Positions 44,032-52,256 of a stretch of DNA of 64,000 nucleotides are shown one piece after another. The translations under genes and the position numbers were made by a program. Positions within the stretch are counted from its first letter, which is position 1; the number at the start of each line of letters is the position of its first letter. The notes beneath the pieces are model-generated. The model ran no database searches and had not been told where the DNA came from. It saw nothing but the letters and a program-made list of their open reading frames with translations. The DNA comes from Candidatus Scatomorpha merdavium (GTDB lineage: Bacteria; Bacillota; Clostridia; Oscillospirales; Oscillospiraceae). The DNA lies in assembly GCA_018711415.1 (NCBI GenBank), contig DVIJ01000004.1, positions 6,082 through 70,081 on the forward strand, written 5' to 3'.

Positions 44032-45059
44032 CATTCCTGATACAGCAGACGCTCATCTACGCCATCCCGCTCATGATAGTCGCGCTGGCGGGCGTGTTCG
44101 CGGAGCGCAGCGGCATCATCAACCTGGCCCTTGAGGGCATCATGATCTTCGGCGCGTTCATAGGCGTGCTGTTCGTGCGCGAGGTACAGCAGCTGGAGGT
44201 GTTCCAGCTGGCGAAGCAGATGGACAAATACTGGGCGCTGCAGGGGCTGGAGCTGCTGGCGATGGCCGCCGCGGCGATCATGGGCGCGGTGTTCTCGCTG
44301 CTGCTCAGTTTTGCCAGCGTGAACCTGAAAGCCGACCAGACGATAGGCGGCACCGCGCTGAACCTGATGGCTCCGGCGATAGTGCTGTTCTTCATCCGCA
44401 TCATAGCCAACCAGAATACCATGACCATGTCGTCGGGCGACTCGGCGAGCTGGTTTATGATAAAGAAGACCACGCTGGGCTATGACCGGACGGCTGACCT
44501 GGGCTTTTTGGGGAATACCTTCCTGGACAAGGTGTACCTTGCGACCTATATCTGCATACTGCTGTTCGTCATCCTCTCGATCATACTGTACAAGACGCGT
44601 TTCGGCCTGCGCCTGCGGGCCTGCGGCGAGAACCCTCAGGCGGCGGATTCGCTGGGCATAAACGTGTACAAGATGCGCTACGCGGGCACGACCATATCGG
44701 GCGCGCTGGCCGGTATGGGCGGCTTCGTGTACGCCCTGACCACGGCTAACTGCACCTCAAACGGTGACGTCGCGGGCTTCGGCTTCCTGGCCCTGGCCGT
44801 TATGATCTTCGGCAACTGGAAGCCTCTGAATATCGCGGGCGGCGCGCTGCTCTTCGGCCTGTTCAAGTGCATCGCTGCGGCGTATTCGACGATAGATATA
44901 AACGGCGACGGCGTGTTCCTGCTCGCTCAGATAGGCGTCAGCCCCCACCTCTACAGGATGCTGCCCTACCTCATCACCCTCATCGTCCTGGCCTTCACCT
45001 CGAAGAACTCGAGAGCCCCCAAGGCAGAGGGCATACCCTACGACAAGAGCACAAGATAA
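44028..45059 (+). CDS. ABC transporter permease (BMP/nucleoside system)
   Basis: 343 aa, multi-TM. IINLALEGIMIFGAF block. Confidence 0.85.
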   Translation: MTFLIQQTLIYAIPLMIVALAGVFAERSGIINLALEGIMIFGAFIGVLFVREVQQLEVFQLAKQMDKYWALQGLELLAMAAAAIMGAVFSLLLSFASVNLKADQTIGGTALNLMAPAIVLFFIRIIANQNTMTMSSGDSASWFMIKKTTLGYDRTADLGFLGNTFLDKVYLATYICILLFVILSIILYKTRFGLRLRACGENPQAADSLGINVYKMRYAGTTISGALAGMGGFVYALTTANCTSNGDVAGFGFLALAVMIFGNWKPLNIAGGALLFGLFKCIAAAYSTIDINGDGVFLLAQIGVSPHLYRMLPYLITLIVLAFTSKNSRAPKAEGIPYDKSTR

Positions 45060-45073
45060 GCCCAGAAAAGCAG

Positions 45074-45102
45074 AACTCCCCCGGTGTCCCGGGGGAGTTT
45101 TT
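45074..45102. terminator. Bidirectional terminator (ABC operon / DUF2804 gene)
   Basis: aactcccccgg tgtc ccgggggagtt (11 bp). ttt follows on the plus strand and ctgcttttc on the minus strand. Confidence 0.8.
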
Positions 45103-45111
45103 GCGCTCATT

Positions 45112-46143
45112 TTACCACTTGTTTTCGACTCTCTCGGCAAAGCCGGGGAAGTCCTTCACGCGGAGCTTTGTGCCGTCGTCGAGGACGGCGGTGCCGGTGA
45201 AGCGGCCGAAGACCTGGTGCTGGTCGCTTTTTATGAGCTTTGCGTCGGTGCAGGCGGCCCGGTCCAGGACAGGCTGGAAGTCCATCTCGAAGCGGCCCTC
45301 GTCGCTGGTGAAGGTCCACTTGGAGAGGTAGGCGAAGTCCCCGCCCCGGCGCGGGATGTTGAAAGTCACGCGGCCGAGCTTGTGGGCGCGTCCGTCGTAG
45401 AAGAGCATATTCTCCGTGGCGGCGGAGGTGTCTCCGAAACCGTAGCCGATGTTCCAGCCGAAGGGTACCCCGTCCACCGCACCGGAGGCGCTGCCCCAGT
45501 ACCAGGTGTTGTGATAGGTCCAGACGCCGCGGCCCCAGTCCAGAACTGCGAAGGCCGTCTCCGGCTCGAACTCGTACCTTCTGCCGCGGACGCTCACCCA
45601 GCCGGAGGCCCTCATGCAGTTTATCTTCTGGTTGAAATAGAAATGCCCGCGCTTACGGAAGGGCGTGCAGATGACCATACTCTCCTCGGGCTCGTCCGTC
45701 AGGAGGACGCGTCCCTCTATCGGCCGGCCGGAGGCGAAGTTTTCCATTCTGAAGAGCAGGAGCCGCCCCTCCGGCGTGTGCCGGAAGGCGATCTCGTAAC
45801 CCTTGCCGGAGGCCGAGACGTCCCCAGTTTTTGAGCTTTCCGGCATCCTTCGCCGCCCGAGCGGGAAGGCGCACATGGGCGAGACCGTCTGCTGCCAGAG
45901 GTTTTCAAAGTCCAGGAAGGATATGGAGTCCAGGCCCATATAACCGTTGTCGTCCACGGTGAGGGCGAGGGCGTAGCGCCCGTTGTTGACGAGGTAGTAG
46001 TCCCATTCCTTTATCCTGTGCGCCGGGGCCTTGACGTCCGCCCGGCGGTAGACGGGCAGCAGGCTCCTGGCGAAGCCGGGCTCGGCTATATTGCCGTTGC
46101 TGTCCAGCAGCGGGCGCTCCCGCGTTATCTCGTGCTGTCTCAT
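45112..46143 (-). CDS. DUF2804 domain-containing protein
   Basis: 343 aa. IKEWDYYLV, YFNQKINCM, LDWGRGVWTYHNTWYWGSASG blocks that I recognise as DUF2804. ATGA overlap with the upstream loader gene. Confidence 0.75.
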   Translation of the reverse strand: MRQHEITRERPLLDSNGNIAEPGFARSLLPVYRRADVKAPAHRIKEWDYYLVNNGRYALALTVDDNGYMGLDSISFLDFENLWQQTVSPMCAFPLGRRRMPESSKTGDVSASGKGYEIAFRHTPEGRLLLFRMENFASGRPIEGRVLLTDEPEESMVICTPFRKRGHFYFNQKINCMRASGWVSVRGRRYEFEPETAFAVLDWGRGVWTYHNTWYWGSASGAVDGVPFGWNIGYGFGDTSAATENMLFYDGRAHKLGRVTFNIPRRGGDFAYLSKWTFTSDEGRFEMDFQPVLDRAACTDAKLIKSDQHQVFGRFTGTAVLDDGTKLRVKDFPGFAERVENKW

Positions 46144-47144
46144 GTGCCTCGCTCCTTTCTCAGCAGCCGGATGTCCCGGCCTGAAAAGCTCAGAAGCAGA
46201 TACTCCCCCTCCAGCCTGGAGCAGATCTGCGGCCCGTATTTGCGCCGCAGCTCCTCAAAGCCGCAGTTTGTACTGATTATCGTGCTGCGCCCCTCGTTCA
46301 GGCGGGTGTTCACCAGCTGGTAGAGCGCGGAGACGGAAAAGGAGGTGACCATCTCCGTCCCGAGGTCGTCCAGGATCATGAGGTCGCAGCCGAGGTACTC
46401 GCGCACCCTTGAGGCGGCCTGGGCGCCCTCCTCGTTCTCGCGGGAGAAGCGCTGCGTCTCGAAGGCGCCGAGCGCCGCCGCGGCGGACTCGTAGGCCACC
46501 GAAAAGCCCGCCTCCGCAACGGCCCGCGCTATGCAGGCGGAGAGGTATGTCTTGCCCAGGCCCGGCCCTCCCATGAAGATCAGGTTGGGCGAACCGGGGC
46601 CGAAGTTCCTGGCGTATTCGCGGCAGGTCTCGCAGACGACCGTCATGCACTCCCGGGGCGACTCCCCCGTCCTGGGGTCTGGCGCGGAGTCGTACCAGCC
46701 GAGGTCAAAGTTTTCAAAGCTCTCGTCCCCGCCGCGCAGCAGGCCGCTGAGCTCCCGGGTGAGCTCCATGTTGTAGAGCTTCTTGAGGCAGCGGCAGGGC
46801 TCGCGCCCGTCCAGGCCCGTGTCCCGGCAGACCGGGCAGTCGAAGAGCTCGTCCGTGTAGTTTATGGGCAGGCCGGCCTCGACCAGCGCCTCCGCCCGGC
46901 GGCGCTGCAGCTCCAGGTTCTCGGAGCGCAGCCGTTCCAGCCGCTCCGCCGTCTTCGGGTCCCGGCTCATCGCCAGGCGCGAGAGCTCTATCATCTGTCT
47001 GCGCAGGCCTGTGTCTATCTCCCGGAGCGCGGGCTGCGCGGCATAGGCCCGCTCCAGCCTGCGCGCCTGCTCCGCGGCGTTTTCCTCACGCCGCCGCGCC
47101 AGGCGCTCCCGCGCCCGGGCCAGCAATTTGCCGTTGTAGCCCAT
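46140..47144 (-). CDS. DnaC/DnaI-like AAA+ helicase-loader protein
   Basis: 334 aa. Cys cluster FDCPVCRDTGLDGREPCRC. Walker A GGPGLGKTYL. Walker B DLMILDDLG. Confidence 0.8.
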   Translation of the reverse strand: MGYNGKLLARARERLARRREENAAEQARRLERAYAAQPALREIDTGLRRQMIELSRLAMSRDPKTAERLERLRSENLELQRRRAEALVEAGLPINYTDELFDCPVCRDTGLDGREPCRCLKKLYNMELTRELSGLLRGGDESFENFDLGWYDSAPDPRTGESPRECMTVVCETCREYARNFGPGSPNLIFMGGPGLGKTYLSACIARAVAEAGFSVAYESAAAALGAFETQRFSRENEEGAQAASRVREYLGCDLMILDDLGTEMVTSFSVSALYQLVNTRLNEGRSTIISTNCGFEELRRKYGPQICSRLEGEYLLLSFSGRDIRLLRKERGT

Positions 47145-47160
47145 GCCTTTTTCGCCCCTT

Positions 47161-48087
47161 TCAGCCCCTGCGGACCTTGTCGTAGATCTTCTTCATCCTC
47201 TCGAGCTCGCCGCCGCGGCCCTGCTCCCCGGCCCGCGCGGGGGCCTGGCGCTTCGGCGCGTCTCCCTGCGCGATCTCCTCCGGGCTGTGCAGGCCCTTCT
47301 CGTGCCAGCTCTGGATGATCTTGTTCATGTAGTTCCACTTGAGCTGGCCCGTGTTCGTGACGGTCTTGTCGTACGCCAGCTCGAGAGCTTCCTGCGTGAA
47401 GCCCTGCTCCAGCCAGCCCTCTATGTACTTCCGCTCCGTGGGCGAGAGCGGCCTGTCGTGTATGCCGAAGGCCCGGCGCAGGGAGTCCGTCGCGTCGCGC
47501 AGCTTCGCCCTTGCGCGGATATATTCCTCCGCCTGTTCAAAGGTGAGGATCTCGCGGTTTGCCCAGACGTAGGCCTCCTTTTCGATCTGTTTCATGGTAG
47601 GCACGCGGCCGGGACCGTATTTGAGACGGCACTCCTCCGCGCAGTGGTGCAGCAGCTCCATGATGACGTCCACCGGCAGGCCGAGGTAGTCGTAAACCCC
47701 GAAGAGGGCGCGAGTGTCCGCGCCGGAGAGCGTGCGCCCGAGGAGCGACTCCGCCTCCGCCAGGATGCTCCGGAAGGCCGGGTCCTCCCCGCTGCGGCGG
47801 ACCAGCTCCTGCGCGGTGTATTCCGGCAGGACCTCCGCCGGCGCCGCAGGCGGAGCATCCGAGCCAGTCAGCAGTCCCGCGGCGGCGAGCCTGCCCACGG
47901 CCGCGGCCAGGCGCCCCGGCTCCCAGCCGAGCTCCCGGCGCAGCTGCGCGTCCGGGGCCTGGCCCCGGCGCAGCAGGTATATGTACAGCAGGGCGGCGTC
48001 CCCGTCCCCCGCAGCTATCAGCTTGTCCGCATCCTCCGCCTTCAGCGCGCAGAGCTCCGCGCTCAGGCGGTAGTTTTTATCCTTCAT
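47161..48087 (-). CDS. DnaD-domain replication initiation/restart protein
   Basis: 308 aa from ATG 48087 (the track start 48147 lies upstream of the predicted promoter). DVIMELLHHCAEE.., KWNYMNKIIQSWHEKGL DnaD-type C-terminal repeats. Confidence 0.75.
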   Translation of the reverse strand: MKDKNYRLSAELCALKAEDADKLIAAGDGDAALLYIYLLRRGQAPDAQLRRELGWEPGRLAAAVGRLAAAGLLTGSDAPPAAPAEVLPEYTAQELVRRSGEDPAFRSILAEAESLLGRTLSGADTRALFGVYDYLGLPVDVIMELLHHCAEECRLKYGPGRVPTMKQIEKEAYVWANREILTFEQAEEYIRARAKLRDATDSLRRAFGIHDRPLSPTERKYIEGWLEQGFTQEALELAYDKTVTNTGQLKWNYMNKIIQSWHEKGLHSPEEIAQGDAPKRQAPARAGEQGRGGELERMKKIYDKVRRG

Positions 48088-48118
48088 TTTCCATTCCTCT
48101 CTCCAAGTCCGGGCATTT

Positions 48119-48147
48119 ATTTTATCATTGATTTTGACTTGTAGCAA
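48119..48147 (-). promoter_or_regulatory. dnaD-loader-DUF2804 operon promoter
   Basis: Minus strand TTGCTA (48147-48142), 17 nt, TAAAAT (48124-48119). Confidence 0.5.
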
Positions 48148-48167
48148 GAGGGGGCTTGTGATATAAT
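48139..48167 (+). promoter_or_regulatory. Promoter of the U32-maf-mreCD-pbp2 cluster
   Basis: TTGTAG (48139-48144), 17 nt, TGaTATAAT (-10 at 48162-48167). Its -35 overlaps the -35 of the divergent dnaD promoter. Confidence 0.5.
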
Positions 48168-48218
48168 TATTTCCGTATGTAATCGAATTGTAATCCTTGC
48201 CCTTGGGGAGTGTACCAG

Positions 48219-50294
48219 ATGCTTGAGGTCATCACGCCCGCGCCCAACGCCGAGTCGGTGATAGCCGCCGTGCAGAGCGGGGCGGACGCAATAATAATCC
48301 GCTTTGGCGGCGCGGCGGGCAGCGGCTTCACCCAGGCGGAGTTCACAAAATCAGTGCGCTACTGCCGGGTGCGGGGCTGCCGGGTCTACGCGGAACTGGA
48401 TACGCTCGTGGCGGACTCGGAGCTGCCCGCCGCGGCGGAGCTGGCGCGCAGCGCCTGCGAGGCCGGGGTGGACGCCGTCATCGCGCAGGACTGGGGCTTC
48501 ATCCCGGCGGCGCGGCAGGCGGCGCCTGAGCTGCGCGTATTTGCCGGGGAGCGGCTGGGCCTGCACAACGCCGCGGGCATAGAGGCCGCGCTGCAGCTGG
48601 GCGCGTCGCGGGTGCTGCTGCCCTGCGAGCTTTCCGCGGAGGAGATCGCCGCTCTGGCCCGGCGGGGCCGTGCCGAGCTCGGCGTGACGGCCTACGGCAC
48701 GCTCTGCGCTTCGAGACAGGGCCAGTGCTACATGGCCGCGATAAACGGCCGCGGCAGCGCCAACCGGGGCTCCTGTCCCGGGCTCTGCCGCGAGAAATAT
48801 TCGCTCGGCGGCCGCATGGACGACTACCCCCTCAGTCTGAGGGACCTCATGGCCCTTGACAGAATACCCGAGTTTTCCGCCCTGGGCATAGCGAGCGTGG
48901 TCGTAGGCCGCGGACTCACGAGACCGGAGCAGCTCGCAAAGCTGACATCCGTCGCAGCCAAGTGCGCGAAGGACGGGCGCAAGCCCACGCCTCTGGAGAC
49001 GGACGAGCTGGAGCTCGTCCTGACGGGCCGGCAGTTCACGCCCGGCTACTACCCCGGCGGCCCCTCGGAGGACATGCAGGGCCTGCCCGGCCAGCCGGAC
49101 AGGGACGCTGAGCGCGCTATGCACGCCCTGCGCAAGGGCTATGCGGACTCGGAGCTGCGCCGAGTAAAAGTGGAATTTTTCGCCCTCATACAGGCGGGCC
49201 GGCCTTTCCGCAGCGGCATCCAGGACGAGGACGGCAACAGGGCCGTCTGGAACGGCCCGGAGCCGATGGAGGCCTTCGGCCGGGAGTTCACTCAGGGAAC
49301 GGTGGAGGCGGAGTTCCGCCGCACCTCCGGCACGCCCTACAGCTGCGAGCGCGTGAACGTCATGCTCGGCCCCGGGCTGATGCTGCCCGAGGGTACGCTC
49401 CAGCAGGCCCGGCGCGAGCTCATCCGCGCCCTGACGGTAAAGCGGGCGGAGCCACCCCAGGTGGAGACGGGCAGGCTCGTCCCCGTTCCGGGCGGCAGTC
49501 CGGAGGTCGCCTCTCTGGACACGATATTCGAAGTCATGTCCGCCGCCCAGCTGACGGAGGAACTTGCCGAGCTGGAGCCGGACTTCCTCTATGTCCCGCT
49601 GGACGTCCTGGCGGAGGACCCGGGCTCCATAGAGCCCTTCCTGCGCCGCGGCGCGACGGTAGCCGCCGTCATGCCCAGGGTGATCCACGACGGGGAGCTG
49701 CGGGGCGTGGCCGCCCTTTTGCAGAAGGCCAGGACGGCCGGAGTGACTCAGGCGCTGGTCGGCAATCTGGGCCACGTGGGGATAGCCCGCGCCGCGGGCC
49801 TGGACCTGCGCGGGGACTGGTCGCTGAACCTCTTCAACTCCTACTCGCTCCAGATCGCCGCGAAGGCCGGGCTGCTTTCCGCCGCGGTCTCTTTCGAGCT
49901 GAACATGGAGCAGATAAGGCAGTTATCCAAGCCGCTGGATACGGAGATAATAGCCTATGGCCGCCTGCCCGCCATGCTGACGGAGCGCTGCCTCATAAAG
50001 GCCAGCGCGGGCCGCTGCGCCTGCGGCGCCCCCGCCCGTATGAGCGACGAATACGGCGGGGTATACCCCGTCCTGCGCGAGTACGTCTGCCGCAACGCTG
50101 TGTACGGCCCGGCAAAGGTCTTTCTGGGCGACAGGCTGGACGACGTCAAAAAAGCCGGAGTGCGCGGGGCGCGGCTGCTCTTCACGAACGAAGGGCCGCG
50201 GGAGTGCGTGGAGGTCGCAAAGAGCTTTTTGGGTCTGAGCGGATACCGGCCGAACGGGCTTACGCGCGGGCTTTACTACAGAGGTGTTGAGTAA
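48219..50294 (+). CDS. U32-family protein (annotated peptidase; probable Fe-S hydroxylase type)
   Basis: 691 aa from ATG 48219 (GGGGAG 8 nt upstream). U32 N-terminal TIM-like region. Cys motif C-x6-C-x15-C-x3-C at 48705-48788 (LCASRQGQCYMAAINGRGSANRGSCPGLC). Confidence 0.8.
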   Translation: MLEVITPAPNAESVIAAVQSGADAIIIRFGGAAGSGFTQAEFTKSVRYCRVRGCRVYAELDTLVADSELPAAAELARSACEAGVDAVIAQDWGFIPAARQAAPELRVFAGERLGLHNAAGIEAALQLGASRVLLPCELSAEEIAALARRGRAELGVTAYGTLCASRQGQCYMAAINGRGSANRGSCPGLCREKYSLGGRMDDYPLSLRDLMALDRIPEFSALGIASVVVGRGLTRPEQLAKLTSVAAKCAKDGRKPTPLETDELELVLTGRQFTPGYYPGGPSEDMQGLPGQPDRDAERAMHALRKGYADSELRRVKVEFFALIQAGRPFRSGIQDEDGNRAVWNGPEPMEAFGREFTQGTVEAEFRRTSGTPYSCERVNVMLGPGLMLPEGTLQQARRELIRALTVKRAEPPQVETGRLVPVPGGSPEVASLDTIFEVMSAAQLTEELAELEPDFLYVPLDVLAEDPGSIEPFLRRGATVAAVMPRVIHDGELRGVAALLQKARTAGVTQALVGNLGHVGIARAAGLDLRGDWSLNLFNSYSLQIAAKAGLLSAAVSFELNMEQIRQLSKPLDTEIIAYGRLPAMLTERCLIKASAGRCACGAPARMSDEYGGVYPVLREYVCRNAVYGPAKVFLGDRLDDVKKAGVRGARLLFTNEGPRECVEVAKSFLGLSGYRPNGLTRGLYYRGVE

Positions 50295-50863
50295 TGGATA
50301 TCATACTGGCCTCGGGTTCTCCGCGGCGGCGCGAGCTGCTGGAGATGCTCGGCCTTGAGTTTGAGGTACGCCCGGCCCGGGGCGGCGAGCATCCGCCCGA
50401 GCACGCGGGTCCGGAGGAGATAGTCCTGGCCCTGGCCGGGGACAAGGCCGCGGAGGTCGCGGAACACTGCGCCCCGGAAAACGTCATAATAGCCGCGGAC
50501 ACGATCGTCTGGCTGGAGGGCGAGCTTCTGGGCAAGCCCCGCTCGGAGGAGGACGCCGCGCGGATGCTGCGCGAGCTCTCCGGCCGCAGCCACGAGGTCT
50601 GGACAGGGGTCTGCGTGCTGCGCGGCGGAGAGAAACTCCTCGGCGCCGAGCGGACGCTCGTGCGCTTCCGCCGCCTGGAGGAGAGCGAGATACTCGCCTA
50701 TATCGCCACCGGGGAACCGATGGACAAGGCAGGGGCCTACGGGGCCCAGGGCCTGGCCAGCCTCTTCGTAGAGGGCATAGAGGGCGACTTTTTCAACGTC
50801 ATGGGCCTGCCGCTGTGCAGGCTGGGCAAAATGCTCGGTAAATTGGGTGTGAAGCTGCTTTGA
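50294..50863 (+). CDS. maf: Maf-family nucleoside triphosphate pyrophosphatase
   Basis: 189 aa. MDIILASGSPRRRELLEMLGL, ADTIV, AGAYGAQG. Confidence 0.93.
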   Translation: MDIILASGSPRRRELLEMLGLEFEVRPARGGEHPPEHAGPEEIVLALAGDKAAEVAEHCAPENVIIAADTIVWLEGELLGKPRSEEDAARMLRELSGRSHEVWTGVCVLRGGEKLLGAERTLVRFRRLEESEILAYIATGEPMDKAGAYGAQGLASLFVEGIEGDFFNVMGLPLCRLGKMLGKLGVKLL

Positions 50864-51702
50864 AGGAATATCTGAAGAAAAACGGCATAAAGCTCGGCGT
50901 AATAGTTCTTGCTGTGGTGCTGGTGGCGCTGCTGGCCGGTCAGGTGCTCGGCGGCAGGGCGGACTTTTTGACGAACGCCATCGTCACCGTCCGCGAGCCG
51001 ATACGGCAGGCGGCATCCTCTGTGTCGAGCCTCCTGGACAATATCTACGGCTACCTGTTCGAGTTCGAGCAGCTCAAGGCCGAGAATGAATCCCTGCGGG
51101 TCCAGCTGGCGGAGGCGCAGGCGGAGGCACGCGCCGGGCAGGACGCCCTGGACGAAAACGAGCGCTTCCGCAACATCCTCGGCTTTGCGGAAAAGCACTC
51201 GGACTTCGTCATGGAGACGGCCCGCATAGTCTCCTGGAGCGCGGACAACTGGGGCTCCAGCTTCACGATAAGCAAGGGCCTGCGCAACGGGATCGAGGTC
51301 GGGGACTGCGTCGTGAACGAATACGGCGCGCTCGTCGGGCAGATCTCCGAGCTGGGCGAGTCCTCCGCCGTCGTGAGGACTCTCATAGACGTGGATACGA
51401 GCATCGGCGCGCTCGTCGGGGCGGACGGCTCCGCCGCCATGCTCATGGGCGATTATACCCTCATGCGCCAGGGCCAGGTCAAGGTCACCTGGCTGACGGA
51501 GGGCGCCCAGCTCTTCCTGGAGGACGACGTGCTCACTTCCGGCTCCGGCGGGCTCATCCCGCAGGGCATAGTCATAGGCAGCGTGGCCTCCATACAGAGT
51601 GAGGCCGGCGGGCAGACGGAATACGGCATCATCCAGCCCGCGGTGGACCTGGACACCCTGGTCCAGGTGTTCATTATCAAGGAATTCGACGTGACCGAGT
51701 AA
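50860..51702 (+). CDS. mreC: Rod shape-determining protein MreC
   Basis: 280 aa. TTG start overlapping the maf stop. N-terminal TM, coiled coil (LKAENESLRVQLAEAQAEA), beta-rich C-terminal domain. Confidence 0.85.
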   Translation: MKEYLKKNGIKLGVIVLAVVLVALLAGQVLGGRADFLTNAIVTVREPIRQAASSVSSLLDNIYGYLFEFEQLKAENESLRVQLAEAQAEARAGQDALDENERFRNILGFAEKHSDFVMETARIVSWSADNWGSSFTISKGLRNGIEVGDCVVNEYGALVGQISELGESSAVVRTLIDVDTSIGALVGADGSAAMLMGDYTLMRQGQVKVTWLTEGAQLFLEDDVLTSGSGGLIPQGIVIGSVASIQSEAGGQTEYGIIQPAVDLDTLVQVFIIKEFDVTE

Positions 51703-51720
51703 GACGGCGGAGGCGAAGCG

Positions 51721-52224
51721 ATGCTCTGGGACCTCATAAACCGGGAGAAGCTGCGCCGGGCGCTGCTCTATCTCCTCTATATGCTCCTGTGCCTGCTGGC
51801 CCAGGACTCGATATTTGCAAACCTGCGCCTTTTCGGCGTGAACATGCTCTTCCTGCCCGCGGCTGTCGTGGCCGTCGGCATGTTTGAGGACGGCGTCTGG
51901 GGCGCGGTGTTCGGCCTGGTAATGGGCTTTCTCGCAGACATCAGCTATGACAACACCGCACTCTTCACGGCGCTCTTCCCCGCTCTGGGCTTTTTCTCAG
52001 GCGTGCTGTCCCGCTGGTATGTGAACCGGCGCTTTTTCGCCTACATGCTGGTGAGCACGCTCGCGGGCGCGGTGACGGCCTTTTTCCAGATGCTTGGGCT
52101 GCTGCTGCGCGGCCACGACTTCGGCCCCATGCTGTTCACCGCCGTGGTCCAGCTCGTCTGGTCTCTGCCCATGGCCGCGGCGCTATACTTCCCCTGCAGG
52201 GCGATAGCGAGAAAAAAGATCTAG
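51721..52224 (+). CDS. mreD: Rod shape-determining protein MreD
   Basis: 167 aa polytopic membrane protein directly after mreC. GGAGG SD. Confidence 0.8.
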   Translation: MLWDLINREKLRRALLYLLYMLLCLLAQDSIFANLRLFGVNMLFLPAAVVAVGMFEDGVWGAVFGLVMGFLADISYDNTALFTALFPALGFFSGVLSRWYVNRRFFAYMLVSTLAGAVTAFFQMLGLLLRGHDFGPMLFTAVVQLVWSLPMAAALYFPCRAIARKKI

Positions 52225-52256
52225 CTCCGCCCCCCGTTCCAGCGAAAGGATAAGCT

